Shown piece by piece: positions 12,406-25,909 of a stretch of 64,000 nt of DNA. The stretch lies in NCBI GenBank assembly GCA_016748015.1, contig JAAOMT010000769.1:20657-84656 (forward strand). Direction: 5' to 3'. This stretch comes from Geosiphon pyriformis uo1. Taxonomy: Eukaryota > Fungi > Glomeromycota. The position numbers and the translations under genes are program-made. The notes under the pieces were generated by a model, which had not been told where the DNA came from, searched no databases, and saw nothing but the letters and a program-made list of their open reading frames with translations. How positions within the stretch are numbered: position 1 is the stretch's first letter; every line of letters starts with the position of its first letter.

Positions 12406-13927
12406 ATGGTTTTCTTTACGATTGTGACGGCTTGCGTAAATCTTTTTAGGTCTATTTTGACAGCGATTCTTTATCCATTCACCTCACAAGCTGCTATAGC
12501 CAACAACCAGTCGCAACGGTTGCGAGCTCAGGAGCCACGCGCCGCGGCAGCTCAGTTTAAAAGAGATTTTGAGGAAAAGTATGGAACTCTACACCCTGAT
12601 TTTTTTGAAGGTGGCTACTTACAGGTGCAAAATTTTTACAGTTTTATTTTTTTCTAAAAGGTAATTCATAAAATTAACTTTAAATTAGGCTTTAGAACAA
12701 GCTAAAAGTGAATTACGGTTTTTGATGGTGATACTGCAAACGGACGAACATGACAACACAGAGAAATTCAATAAGTGAGCGAAGGAAATACATGGTGGAT
12801 TTTCATTGGATTGTCTGAGCTATTACTCAATCAACAGAATTACTTTAACAGCGAGACATTAACTTCACAAATCCTAATATCATTTCTGCGCGAGAATAAT
12901 GTATTGGTGTGGGCAGGAAATATCAAAGATGCCGAAGCGTATACAGGTATGCAGGAAAATCTTGTCATTATTTTTAAACTCACTTTTCTTGTAAATCTTG
13001 AAAATGCTGACTGGCTCGGTTTTACATAGTGAATAACAAATTAGAGGCTACTACTTATCCTTTTGCAGGTATTATTGTACTCCAAACACCTCAGTCTGGT
13101 ACAGGAGTAAGTGGGAAGATGGTACTTGTCGATCGTATCGAAGGTAATCAGGACATATTTTGAGTTTTTATCATTTGGGCAATTCAACTTCAGTTTCATC
13201 TTTGCCCTGAAAAAAAAAAAGGATTTTCAACGCCCGACACACTGATCGCACATCTTACCAATCAAATTAATCTACATGATTCGGGGCTGCAACTCATTCG
13301 AAACGAGCGCACAGAAAGAGATTCTGCTCGGCAGATTCGAGAACAACAAGATTATGCATACCTTGCATCATTGCAGGCTGATCAAGAAAAAGAAAGGAAA
13401 GCGCGTGAAACTGCAGAAGCACAAAGATTAGCAGAAGAGCATGCTCGAAAAAAAGAAGCAGAGTTTAAATCGTTGTCCGAAAAGAAAGAAATTTGGAGAA
13501 GATGGGCTTTAAATCAATTGCCTGATGAACCCATCACAAGTGAAAAGAATATTGCTAGGCTGGTATTCAAACTTCGTAATGGGGAGAGACTTATACGGAA
13601 CTTCAGAGGAAACGAATCCGTTGAGGTTGATGCTGTGTGATGAAATGACACATTTTTAAAAATTCAAAAACGTCACTCATTGCATTTTTTCAACAGGCCA
13701 TTTATACTTTTGTCGACACGTATCATCTTCGAACGGAATTGACTTCTACATCCCCCTCATCGCCACCGAATAATTATGTTCATACCTTTGATTTCTTGCT
13801 TGTTTCTCCATACCCTCGTACCATCCATCACCCAGATAGCCAAAAAACGATTAAAGAAGAGCCAGGACTTTGGCCAAGTGCCCAGTTGCACGTTGAAGGA
13901 CTTGTAGAAGAATCAGAGGAAGAGTAA
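12406..13927 (+). CDS. UBX domain protein, FAF2/UBXD8/Ubx3-like Cdc48 adaptor; exons 12406-12624, 12689-12774, 12852-12946, 13030-13143, 13222-13626, 13697-13927
   Basis: Hydrophobic N-terminus; UAS domain (FEEKYGTLHPDFFEGGYLQALEQAKSELRFLMVILQTDEHD, LVWAGNI, TTYPF); coiled coil (RQIREQQDYAYLASLQADQEKE); UBX (ARLVFKLRNGERLIRNF...FLLVSPYPR...GLWPSAQLHVE). An additional upstream exon is not excluded. Confidence 0.9.
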
Positions 13928-16900
13928 AGGTAAATGATTATTGGCCTCCTAAAAACATTTTTCTTTGTGTTGTGGCTTATGAAAGATAAATTTGACTCCT
14001 CGAAGATATAAGGTTTATGATAAATGTTAAACGAGAAATCAAATATCATTATAAGTCAACGTGAAAGTTAATGAAATAAAGTTTATCTGTCTTTGCCATA
14101 TTTCTATAACTGATAAGAATATAAGCGTAAACTTGATTTCTAAAACCAAAGAAAATTTATGCTTAAAATAAAGCGTGAAACGTGACTCGGATGATATTAT
14201 TTTTTCTATTATATATTGGATGATGCTACAAAGTTCTCACCAATTAGATCTTGAAGATAAAAATACATGATACTTTAGTTCGAGCCAATAAAAAGGACTG
14301 CATTGGTCGATCAAGAACATTGTTTATTTTAATTACTCTCAATCATAGATGGCATTAAACAAAACCATCAACATATGTCAATATTTAATTAATTTTTATA
14401 AAAATAAGACACTTATTTTTACTTATTAATCGATTAAATAAAATTTATTTTAAAATCTTTATGCATTAACATTTTTCAAAAAATATTGGCACTAACATAT
14501 AAAAAATAAAACTGAATATATTAATTGGTTTATTTTATTACTTTCTCGTTAATTGCATATTGCATGACATATTTTAATATTAAGCTTTTTTAAAATTATT
14601 TTCTAAGGATAAATCTAAAAACATTTATTATAGATTATTTTGCGAATCTTTAAATTGTAATATGAACATTAATTTTAGGAAATTGAGCAAAAACAAACTC
14701 TTGCTAACACACAAAATTCTCAATTAATAATTATTTTTATGTTAATAAAATATTTAGGTTGACTATTTGAATAATTATCTTTTAAAAGAAACTTACCCAA
14801 ATAATTTAAATATAACTAAGAATATTTTACCAGCAGTTTTAAGATACATAATTATTTTAATTTCCAAAAATAATCTATGAATAAATATTGAAAACGCGCT
14901 TATTTTACAATTCATTTTTTTTTAAAACATTCTTTTACTTTATTATAATAATTACACAAACCATCTATTAAAAATGATTTAAATAATTGATATTGAAAAG
15001 AAAATATTTTTTGCAATGTGTTTAACTATAATTGTTTAACGGAAAAAGTATTTAAATGTCAATAATATTTATAAGAAAATGATTTGCACGAATTTTAATT
15101 TAAATGACATAAATTTATCGATGCCAATGTTTGTGAAAAATGAAAATTCTTAATGGTTAAGGATTTTCTTTCAAGGCTAATTTTTTTCTGGACATATTAA
15201 GCTGTAAGCTTCTTAATTATTAGAATACTCCCCTCTGAATATCACTATACTTAATATGGGTACACAACCTGAAACCATCAAGCTACATTTTTCCTAAGTT
15301 TAGAATTTTTAGCTTTTCTATTTTCAAGAGAAAAAAAACTTTTGTTTTTATCGGATTATCTATTTGGAGTTTCAACATATTTGCCGATTAGTTAACCAGT
15401 TTCTTTCATTTTAATTATAGCAATTCACCAAATTTATAAAAATCATAAAAATTAAAATAAAATGACATTTGAAAAATATGTATAGAATTTCTCATTTTAT
15501 AAAATGAAGTTCGCATTAATTAATGTATACATTTTCTTGAAAGTTTTTGTTTTTTAAATAATAAATAGTTGGTATTAAATAAATGCACATTTAATTTACT
15601 TACTATATTTAAAAATCTAAATTGGTTTAAAAATAGAAAAATTTATTATAAATTTTTTTAAGTAAAAAATTTCATATTTATTTTTGGCTAAAAAGTTAGT
15701 ATAAAAAAACCATTAGAGTTTGGTCAAAATTTTTTAATAATTTAATTTTTTATTTTAATGATTGTATTTATTACAATTAAGATTTTATATTTTATATTTT
15801 AAACCCAAATTAAAAACTTGGATCATTTTAAAAATAATTTCATTAATATGATATATAAATTATTTTAAAATAAAATACAAAAATAAAATAATAATTAAAA
15901 TCTTTGTTATTAAAAAAATGTTTGCAATTATTATAAATGATTAAANNNNNNNNNNNNNNNNNNNNNNNNNNNNNNNNNNNNNNNNNNNNNNNNNNNNNNN
16001 NNNNNNNNNNNNNNNNNNNNNNNNNNNNNNNNNNNNNNNNNNNNNNNNNNNNNNNNNNNNNNNNNNNNNNNNNNNNNNNNNNNNNNNNNNNNNNNNNNNN
16101 NNNNNNNNNNNNNNNNNNNNNNNNNNNNNNNNNNNNNNNNNNNNNNNNNNNNNNNNNNNNNNNNNNNNNNNNNNNNNNNNNNNNNNNNNNAGTTTAGATA
16201 TTCAAAAACCTTTTGTTTCTCCTTTAAAAGGTATGAAGTATTTTAGAAAGTTAAAATATAAATATGTAAATATAATTTTTTACTATTTATTATATTTAGA
16301 TGATTCTTAATAAATTAAAATTGTACTAAATAAATAATTATGTTGAACTCTATATATTAAATTTGATCTTTTCATAAAGAATTATTTTAGATAAAGATTT
16401 ATTATGTTTTAAAATAATAATTATATTATCTGAAATATTTTAAATACATATTTTTGTTGATTTATCAAATTATTATAAAGATTATTCTTGAATTATTCCT
16501 AAAAATTGGTATTTTTTACAAATTATATTATGATTTAGATGTGAAAGTTTTATTAATAATTGATAAATTTTTAGTACAAGCTATTTCTTTTTTTAAATTT
16601 TCTTTATTAGATTAAACTTTTGAGTACTGATTTATCTTAGGTAAATTATAGTTATTTTTTTACCTTTATATTAAGAAATCAATTAAATAAAAAATAATAA
16701 AATTTTTAAGTTTAATATAAAAAAATTTATTACTTTAAAAAACCAAATGGGCATTTTCAATATTTTTTTTTTTTGAAAATATAATTTTTCAAAAATGTTA
16801 CAAAATAACATATTTGCATAAATTGATAAAATAAATTTTATTTACCATTTTAAATTCCAATAAAATATATAATTGACTTACCATTATTTATTTATGTTAT

Positions 16901-17142
16901 TTCAACAATTTTATTTATTGACAACTTAAAAAATGTAATATTCAAATTTAATTTATTTTTAATTAAGTACTTGTGTTTTTAAAAAATAATAAGAAATTTT
17001 GAATGATCTGAAAGTTTAGGGAGATAAATTATTCACCAATTAATAGAAATTTATGATTAACTTTAATTTAGGTGATTTGTTAACATAGAGAAACAATATA
17101 AATAATATACAAATTCCATCTTTAAGAAATTACTTTCTATAT

Positions 17143-18770
17143 CTATGAAGAACTGTCTAAATATAATAAATAATAAAAGAAATAAGCATTAAATAAAAGG
17201 ATAAATTTTATTAATGATTAATGATTAATGATAGATGTAATTTCTTACTTTCAGGCAAGTAAACTAATTCTTTTAAGAAATAAAGTAGATTAAAGTAAAT
17301 TATTAATCTATTGTATAATAATTAAATCAATGAATTAATCAATACAAAAAATAGATAAACTAACCTTTTGAAAAATCAACTATTTGTGCAGTTAAAAGAT
17401 AATTTGTATAAAATGCTCCTGAATGAATGTTTATCTTTATTGTTGAAGGTTTTGTTATCTCATTGCGTTTCTTGGTTATTTTAAAGATTTCAATATATTT
17501 TGAAAATTTTCTTAAAAATTTTGTTGTCAAGTTGTTTTTTAGAATTTTTTTTACGTATTTATCTAATTTTAAAAACTTGGAATTTGTGTCACTAAATTCC
17601 TTCAACTTCTTGTAAACTTCTATTGCAGTAGGACAATTCTCAAGATTAATATTCTAACATTTTACAATTATTTTAGCAATACAAGGTGAAATAAGTAAGA
17701 AGGTAATTTCAGATCTTTAACTATTTAAAATAGCTATTATAAGAATGGTGTCATAAAAGCAATTATGAAAAGAAGACTTTCCTGTTGCTAATTCTCATAA
17801 TAACATTTTATAACTATAAATATTACCAGCTGTTGTAAATTTTTCTCCTCTTAAAACTTCTGATAGAATATATGAAATCACTCTATATATTATTTTTTTC
17901 TCTGTTGTTGTTGCTTTATTGTTTATAGGTTGACATAATCTGAAGTTTCCAATATCTACCTATTGTTCATTATGTTGTAAGATATTGTCCGAGTGTAAGT
18001 TATGATAAACCATACTGGAATTATGAATTGAAAAAAGTCCATAAGCTATATAAAATGTGATTATTAATTTATATTTTCAACCTGTAGAATAGAAATTTGT
18101 TGATAAATATTTTCACATGTCTCTATGCTTAGCAAACTCTATCACAATTCTATACTTAAATGTTTCAGGATTTTATATAATCCCCAATATTAAAAAGATA
18201 TAACTTAAATATATACTTAACAAATATACCACTTTGAATATTTAACTATTAACACAATATATAAAAGTAAATAAATAAATAAATAATAGATAAATATGAA
18301 TTAATTTTATATATAAATATAAATAATAATATTTTGTTTATCTTTTTAAACAATTCTTCACTGTTTGTTTTTATAATTTTTATTGCTACTTCTGTGCCTA
18401 TTTTTTCTTTTTTATATTCCATTTCACCATGATGTTTTATATTCTAAAGATCAAGTAATCTATAAATTAAGGTTGCTTTATAAATTATACTAAACCCTTC
18501 TTAAGCAATTTTATTAATATTTGACAAATGCTCCTATGAAATTCATTCATAGTAATTGAATACACGATTATTATTATTTGGATTTTTAATTATCTTATCA
18601 ACTACTTTATTACCACTTGAAAAGTCTGTATAAAGTTTTTCAAAAAATATAAACCAGCATGCCATACATAAATTATAATCTTTATTATTTTTAATACTTC
18701 TTTAAAACTATTTACATTTGTTGTAATCATGAACATATGGATAATATTTATTAATTTTTTTGTATTCCAT
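17143..18770 (-). pseudogene. Hypermutated inverted copy of the kinase at 1741
   Basis: The reverse complement aligns through all four exons. It has many C->T/G->A changes and stop codons. ORF remnant 17360-17605 ends AQIVDFSKG. Confidence 0.93.
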
Positions 18771-19435
18771 AATGTGAATAAAGAACAATGAATAAAAAAG
18801 AATAAAAAGTAAATAAATGATTATTCAAAGAGAGTCTCTTTAAAGATTTATTTAATAATATATTTAGAAAATTATTTGTTTAAAGATGAGTTCTTATTTA
18901 TGTTGTTTCTTCTATGTTCTCATAGAAGAAACAAATCAATTTTTTAAACCTTATTTATTATACTAAATAGGTTTAACTATGAACAAATTTAAATTGCTAT
19001 ATTATACAAAATACTGAAAAATTTTCCAATTGTCTTATAAGACCCCTATCATAATACTTTGTAAACAAATATGGCTTTAATTAAATTAAAAAAAAAAGAA
19101 AAAACAGTTTAACTTTTAATAATAATGCTGTTTTGTCAAATTGTGAAAGTGATAATAAATTAAAAAAAATGATTAAAAATATGATATTTTTAAAACTTAT
19201 AGATTCCAATATATATCCTATTTTATGTTTTAAATCTAGGTAACTAAACTTATCTTTTTGTTTAAATCTTATTAATTTGAATAATAGGGGATAAAAAAAA
19301 CCTCTTTCTCTCCTTCGTCCAAAATTCCCAAAAAAGAGTCAAAAGTTTTTTCAAAAGAAGTTTTTTACCATTCAGTATGATAAATCAAAACTGTTCTTTG
19401 ATTACGAGACCACTGTTGGCTCTGTTATTGCTGTT

Positions 19436-21219
19436 ATGAAAAAGACTATTAAAGTTTCTGGTTCTGAGAGTGGTTTCAAGGTGGTTGCATTGAATAAGAA
19501 GAAGAAGGAAGGTGTATTGGCAGAGAGTATTGATAATAAAAGGGTTGCTGCTAAAGCTCTTGGTGCTCGTTCATGAAGTTCTAAAACAGGTAACACTACT
19601 GAGTCTGAGAGTATTGACATGGAGGAGGAATGCTTAGTTGAAGAAACCAGTGTTGACTATGGTGAGAGTGGTGCTTTCATGGAAGAGGATCCTAATCAAA
19701 TGCCAAAGAGTTTGCATGTAAAAACCAAAAAGGTGTTAGAGAAGCCTCTGGGTGTAATTGATTATGGTACTGTCAATACAGATGATGATGTGTTAGATGA
19801 TTTCTTTCTTCTCTCACCTCCTCTACCTATCAAACTGTCCATGCAAGTGCCTGTTCGAAAATTCTTTGCTTTAAATATTGATCTTGTGACTGTCATTGGG
19901 AAATCTTCTCAGGAAAAATTAAGTTTTATCAGGAAAATTTTTTCAAGTGTGAATGGTTTTGGGAGGGCTTCTACCTCTTCAAAATTTGGTAGAATTATTT
20001 ATGCAACTTTCACTTCAGAAAAGGCAATGATAGCTGCTGAGAAGTTGGCAAATGATTGTGGTATTGTGGTAAACACTAATCTCAAGCGCCCTGGCAATAT
20101 TCATACAAATCGGGATATTGTGTTAAAAAAAATTTCTGTGGGAACATTAATAGAGGCTGTGTGCACAGCTGTGTCTGAATTTGGGATTATTAAGAAGATC
20201 AGAATGCAGTTGGTGGAATTGTGGCAGAAAGCAATTGTCGAGATGAAAAATCAAAATCAGGCTGATCTCTTGGTAAACAAATAGTCTATTCTTATTGAGA
20301 AAGATGCAGTTTGTGTGGCCAGAGCTGATGTGGATAAACAAACATGGAATTCTAGAGACAGATTTAGGGCATTGCTTTACACTCTTCCCGTGGGTACAAA
20401 TGCTTATAATCTGTGAGATTTTTTGGATTTGGTGGGTGAGAAAACATGCATCATTGATCGCAATCCTGTTGACTACACTTGTGACACTGCACTTCTGTGG
20501 GTTTTGGGTCTGAGGATGTCTTATTGCAGGCTATAGCTAATATGCCTATTATAAAAGGTGTACATCTCCACTAGTCGTGTTTGTCTACTGTCTTGTGTTT
20601 CTCTTGCAATTCTCTTGGTCATACATCTTTGGTTTGTAAGTTGAATGGTGAGTCTTTAGGTCCTAAGAGCAAGAGAACCCCTCTCTCGGCTCAGGATCAG
20701 TTTAGATTGACAAAGATTTATGAGAAAAAGTCTGCACCCGTTTCCCATCCTATGGCTTTTGGTGGTAAGATTTGGGCTTTGGTAGTTGGCTCTCCTTCTT
20801 CAAACACATCTTGTGGATATGATTCCCAACTTGGTTCTATTGGTATTGGTAAACCTCTCCCTCCTGTGGTGAATAATTTGGAAAAACAGTTGGTTACTAT
20901 TAAAAACAGTCTTGTCAGCTTCACAGAACAAATTGGTAAGTTGGCTAAGAAGTTGGATTCATTCACGCTGGCAGTTTCCCAGCCTAGCCCTGGATGTCAG
21001 CTGCCAGTAATCTTCCCATCACAGGATCAGGTGGGTGATATAATAATGAGAGAGAGCTCGGGTGAAGCCACTTATGGCAAAACTGCTATGCTTGTGGATC
21101 TGTCTGTGTCCTCCCAAGTAATCAAGCTAGAAACTATGTTGGAGGGTCTTTCAGCCTCTGTTCTAAGCTTGTCTGCTCACTTTGATGGTTTGGTTCTGGC
21201 TGACAGTGTGCTTCCTTAA
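19436..21219 (+). pseudogene. LINE ORF1 (gag-like; RRM-like region, CCHC knuckle, coiled coil)
   Basis: Zinc knuckle CFSCNSLGHTSLVC at ~20596. RRM-like IVLKKISVGTLIEAVCTAVSEFGIIKKI. Internal stops occur at former TGG codons. Confidence 0.85.
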
Positions 21220-21230
21220 CTCTCTTCTCA

Positions 21231-24200
21231 ATGACCAATCTTTATCTGGAAAATTGCCATGTGTAACATTAGAGATATGAACAATCCTGCCAAACAGAAC
21301 GATATTGTTTAATAACACAAAGATATGAACAATTTGATTTTGATTTTTATGGAGATGAAGTTGAGAAATAAGACTTATCTGTGGTTGGCTAACAAGTTTG
21401 ACGGTGTTCACATGTTCTCTTCTGGTTTGAATTCTGGCTATGTTGGTGCTGGCATCACAATTGTGTTGAACAGTTCTTTGGTTAAGCATGTTTGTAAGGT
21501 TTCTAAGGTTCCGGTTTGACTTCTGTGTATCAGACTTCTTTTCAGAAACAAACTCTCAGTTTCTATTTTGGGGCTTTACACTAGTGTCTCGTCAGCTGTT
21601 TGATTTTTTCAGGCTGGCGAGATTAATTTTTTAATTGCAAAGGCTGTTAATGAATCTTCTTTTGTTGTTCTTGGTGGTGATTTCAACAAGAATGGTTCTC
21701 ATAGATGTGCCAGCTTCAGAAAATGTTTTGAGTTGGGCCTGGTCAACTTTCTGTGTAGAAGCTCATTTGTGAAGACACTGACTTGGTGCAACTCTTGTGG
21801 TGTCAATAAAACAATTGATTATGTTTTTATCTCTTTTAATTTGGTTGGTGTGGTGGTGGATTGCAGTATAGCTAGTGTTGAGGACTTTTTCAACACTAAT
21901 CACAGGGCTGTTTCTGTTTTTGTGGGCTTGAATGGCCTGCTTGATGTCTGGTTAAATTTAAAACGCAAGCAAGCAAATAAGGATCATTGGAAGTATGATA
22001 TCAAAAATGTCAATGAGTTTAAGTGGTCTGAATTTGGAGAGGCCACAGCTGTTAACACTTGTATATTCTCAGATGCTTTTGTTGTGGCTAAGTGGTATTT
22101 GGATTTGGATGCAATGTGAAATATTGTTCACAAAGTTTTGGTTCTTTTGGCTGATGGAACTTTCAGAAGAAAATGATTTAAGTGCTTTGATAGTGTTTTT
22201 AATAAAGTGTCTTCCAGATTTCATAAACTGGAGCTACTTGTGTCTAAACTGGTTAAAGCTTCTCATCTAGTTTCTGGTGAAGACTTTGCTTTTTTGTTGG
22301 ATACTTGGGACAGACTTGATTCTGTGGGTGCTTCTTCAGTGAAGTCTTTATTTTTTGCTGGCTCCGGTTTTGATGCTGTCTATTCTGAGCTGGCTAAGAC
22401 TAGAAAGTTTTACTGCTCTGTTAAATTGAGAGAATCTAAACATGCCAAAGCTTCTCATATAAGACAGGCTATTGAGAGGAGGATGGAGAGTTTTGAGGTA
22501 GACAAGGGTCATACTATCTGGAGTGTTTTGGAGAGGCCATTTTGGAAGGTGGTATTGGATTATCTGATTGTGGGTGAGGATTTGGTCTTAGAGCCTGAGT
22601 TGGTTAAATCTAAGATGGATGTGATTATGGAGAGTTGGACTCAGAAGTGTGTAGTGGTGCCTGACATTTCTAGTAATTGGAAATGACAATTCCAGCCTTT
22701 GGATCATGTCTTTAATGGTGCCTTTACCAACATTATGTGCTCAATTAGTTTTGATGAAATGTTTGGGGTTATTTTCAATTTGCCCAAGGGGAAAGCAGCT
22801 GGTCTTTCTGGTATACTTAATGAATTTTAGAAACATTGTGATAAGTCAGTTTTAGATATGCTTTTGGTACTCTTGAACTTTTGCTTAGTTAGTGAGGCAA
22901 TACCTGGTCCTTGAAGGGAGGCTTGGGTTTCAATGATTCTTAAACCTTATAAGTGGGAGAGTGTTCTTACAAATATTTGTCCCATTGCTCTGATTGAAAC
23001 AGCTCGCAAAATACTTTTCAAGATTCTTTCGGACTGGATCTCTTCAGCTTGTAGTGCTTTTAATGTTCTTTGTGAGGACAATTTTTCTGTTTTGAAAGAT
23101 ACAATTACGCAATTACCCATTTTTGCTATCAGTTCTGTAATTGAGGATGCCTTAGAGAAGAACCAGAAATTGTGGCTGGTGTTGCAAAATATGTGGAAGG
23201 CTTATGATTCTGTTGGTTGGAAGCATCTTAGGAGGAGTCTGGTCAGGATCAAGATGTGTGATAGGTTTATTAGATTCTTTGGTAACATCCATAATGGCCA
23301 TATTAACAGAGTGATGATGGATTTTGGATTGACTGATGGTTATCATGTTCATGATGGTTTGGATCAGAGTGAGATTTTCTCACCTCTTCTTTGGCATATA
23401 TTTTATGATTCACTCTTGTGTAAGATCAAATGACAAGAGAGTATGTGTGGTTACAGGTTGATTTCTCATTTTGTTGTCAGAACCAGCCGCGTGGAATCTC
23501 AGAGTGAGCTGTTATCATTTCTGGCTGCTGGTGCTTTTGTTAATAATACAATTTGGGTTGGTAGCAGCTGGACTACTACTCAATATATTCTGGATATTGC
23601 TAGTGACTTTTTCAGGCCTAATAACATTTCAATTAACAATGACAAGACTGTGGCCATTCCCATCAACTGTAGAGTTGCAAACCCAGTTTTGACTGTTTGT
23701 GGCTTACTTATTTCTATCGCTAAAAAGGGTGTACCTCATTGTTATCTGAGTATATTTGTGTTTTTCAAGATCTAGCCTGGCTAAAGCACATTTGGATGTT
23801 CGGTTTTTTGTTAATCTCGTACTTAGAAAGGCGATTTTGGATAAGCAGTTTGCTTATTTGGTGTTTTTGGTTCTCTTTCCTATTATCAGCTACAGAACTC
23901 AGTTCAGTTTTGTTCCTTTTAGTGTATATAATAAATGGGATGCTTTGATTTGCAAGGACTTGAAATTTAAATCTGGGCTGCTGCTAGATTTTCCCAATGA
24001 TCCACTTCATCATCCTTTCTTGTACAATTTAAAAACTTTTGAGCAAATTCAGGCTGAGAGCAAGTCGGCTTCTGTCATTGCTTTTGTGAATTCTGTTGGT
24101 GTTTTGAGTCATCTGTTTGTTCACCGGTCTCATAACTTCCAGGTTCTCAGCTGGCACCCCCATCACCCTCTATTGCTTCTGGTCCATATTAGTGTCAGCT

Positions 24201-25909
24201 CTTCGAATAACTTTCTGGCAGGTGTGGTTTGTGTTTTTTCTGGATGTAATTTATCTCTAGGTGGCTCTCTGGCTAGTGCTTTTCATCTTTGGGGTGGTAC
24301 TCCTATGTTCTTGGTTCTTGGTAAAAAAGTTTTTTTTAAATAAGTCTCTTTCCTCAGATGTTATGGTATTGCCTTTGTAGAACAGCTTCATAGCTGGGAT
24401 AGTGAAATTTTTGATTGGAAGACTTTCAAGCATTGGAAGAGACTGGATCCCTGTGGCCCAGTTTTCTCGTGGTTTGATCTCTCTGTTTATTTTCTTGGTG
24501 GTGCTGCTTCTTCTTCTGTTTGCTCTTCTCATGTGGAATTTTGTGGTTCTTTGGATGTTCATTGGTCTTTTGGTTTTGGTGCTGTCTGCAACAGTCTGTT
24601 GAATGCTGGTGTCACCCATCTTTCTGTGTATATGGATGGGTTTCTGAGTAACTTGGGTACTATTGACATGAAGGCTGGTGCTGCTGTTTTTTTTGAAGAC
24701 ATTAATTTGAGTCTGGGTGTGGGGGTGTCTGGTTTGGTCTCTTCTACCTTGGTGGAGTTGCAGGCCATTGCTTTGGCTCTTGAGTGTGTTCCTTCTTTCT
24801 GTGTGGTCGACTTGTTCTCAAACAGCCAGGGGGCTCTGGATGCATACAAGTTGGAGTCTTTATTGATTGAACCTGATTACAAAAATCATTGTTGGATCAA
24901 GTGTTATCACATTGTCAATGTCATTCGTCACAAAAATTTGGATGTAAATTGGATTAAGATTAAAGATCATTCAGGCATTTCAGGCAATGAGCGTGCTGAT
25001 GCATTAGCTAGAGATGCTGCTTTCTCTGCTTGGTGTCTGCCCCATTTAGTCAATGAGAAGTTTATTAAGACTGGTATTGATGCAGTTTCTGGTAATTTTA
25101 GACACTTTGTTCATGATGTTTTTAGGTTAATCTATTATGCACATTGAGAGGTTGGTTCCAGTTTCCAGGTTGTTCCAGCTAATTTGCATGCTGATATTGA
25201 TTGGCTGAGATCTTTTCTGGTTTGGCACCCGCACTCTCACTTGGCTTCGAGTTTCACTAGTGCATGAACTGCTGACTTTCAAACATACTTTATGAAGACT
25301 CTTTACTATCAGCTCCCTGTTGTTGTGCAGAAGTGCTTATATGATAGGAGTTATCCCAATGTGGTGTGTTTGTTTTGTGGTGACATTGAGGTCTTGGACC
25401 ATATTTTTTCTTGTTCATTTGAGACTGTTGGTTATGCTCAGCTGTTAGATAATCATGCATTGGCTTGAGAGGTGCACTCTGGTTTGGTTTGGTCTTCTTT
25501 GTGTGTCTCACAATTGCTGTCCACTTGTGTTGCTGATGCTGTAGTTGGTACAGTTCTGTGTAAAGGCTTTGTTTTCAGTGGTTGGTTTTGTAAATCAGTT
25601 TTGGTTTTTAAGGATTTCAAGATTGTGACTTTGGTCATTGTAAATTTCATGTGTGCATTCTGTCTCTCTTTTCGGGATGATATTTGGCTGGTCCGTGCTA
25701 AACACTGGGCTTATATGGAAAAAAATGGACTTATTCTATATGATAGTTCTGTTCCAGTTTCAGTTTTTGGTTCTACTTTGTTGTTTTCTCCTAGTGTAAT
25801 CAGATTGTTGGGTATTGCTGAGGCTTTTGGTGTTGGTTTCAGATTTCGCAAGTTCTGTTTGTTTTTTTCAGGTATTGATGATATAGTCTCTATTCATATA
25901 GGTGCTTAG
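21231..25909 (+). pseudogene. LINE ORF2 (AP endonuclease - reverse transcriptase - RNase H - Zn finger)
   Basis: APE: WKIAMCNIRDMN, VLGGDFN, TIDYVF, FNTNH. RT: QNMWKAYDSV, GLDQSEIFSPLLW, AFVNNT (decayed FVDD). RNase H: VYMDG, ELQAIALAL, WIKIKDHSGISGNERADALAR. C-terminal CLFCGDIEVLDHIFSC. Confidence 0.93.

Noticed and set aside
15937-16197. ORFs spanning N runs (also 34839-35051)
   Set aside because: Artefacts of assembly gaps.
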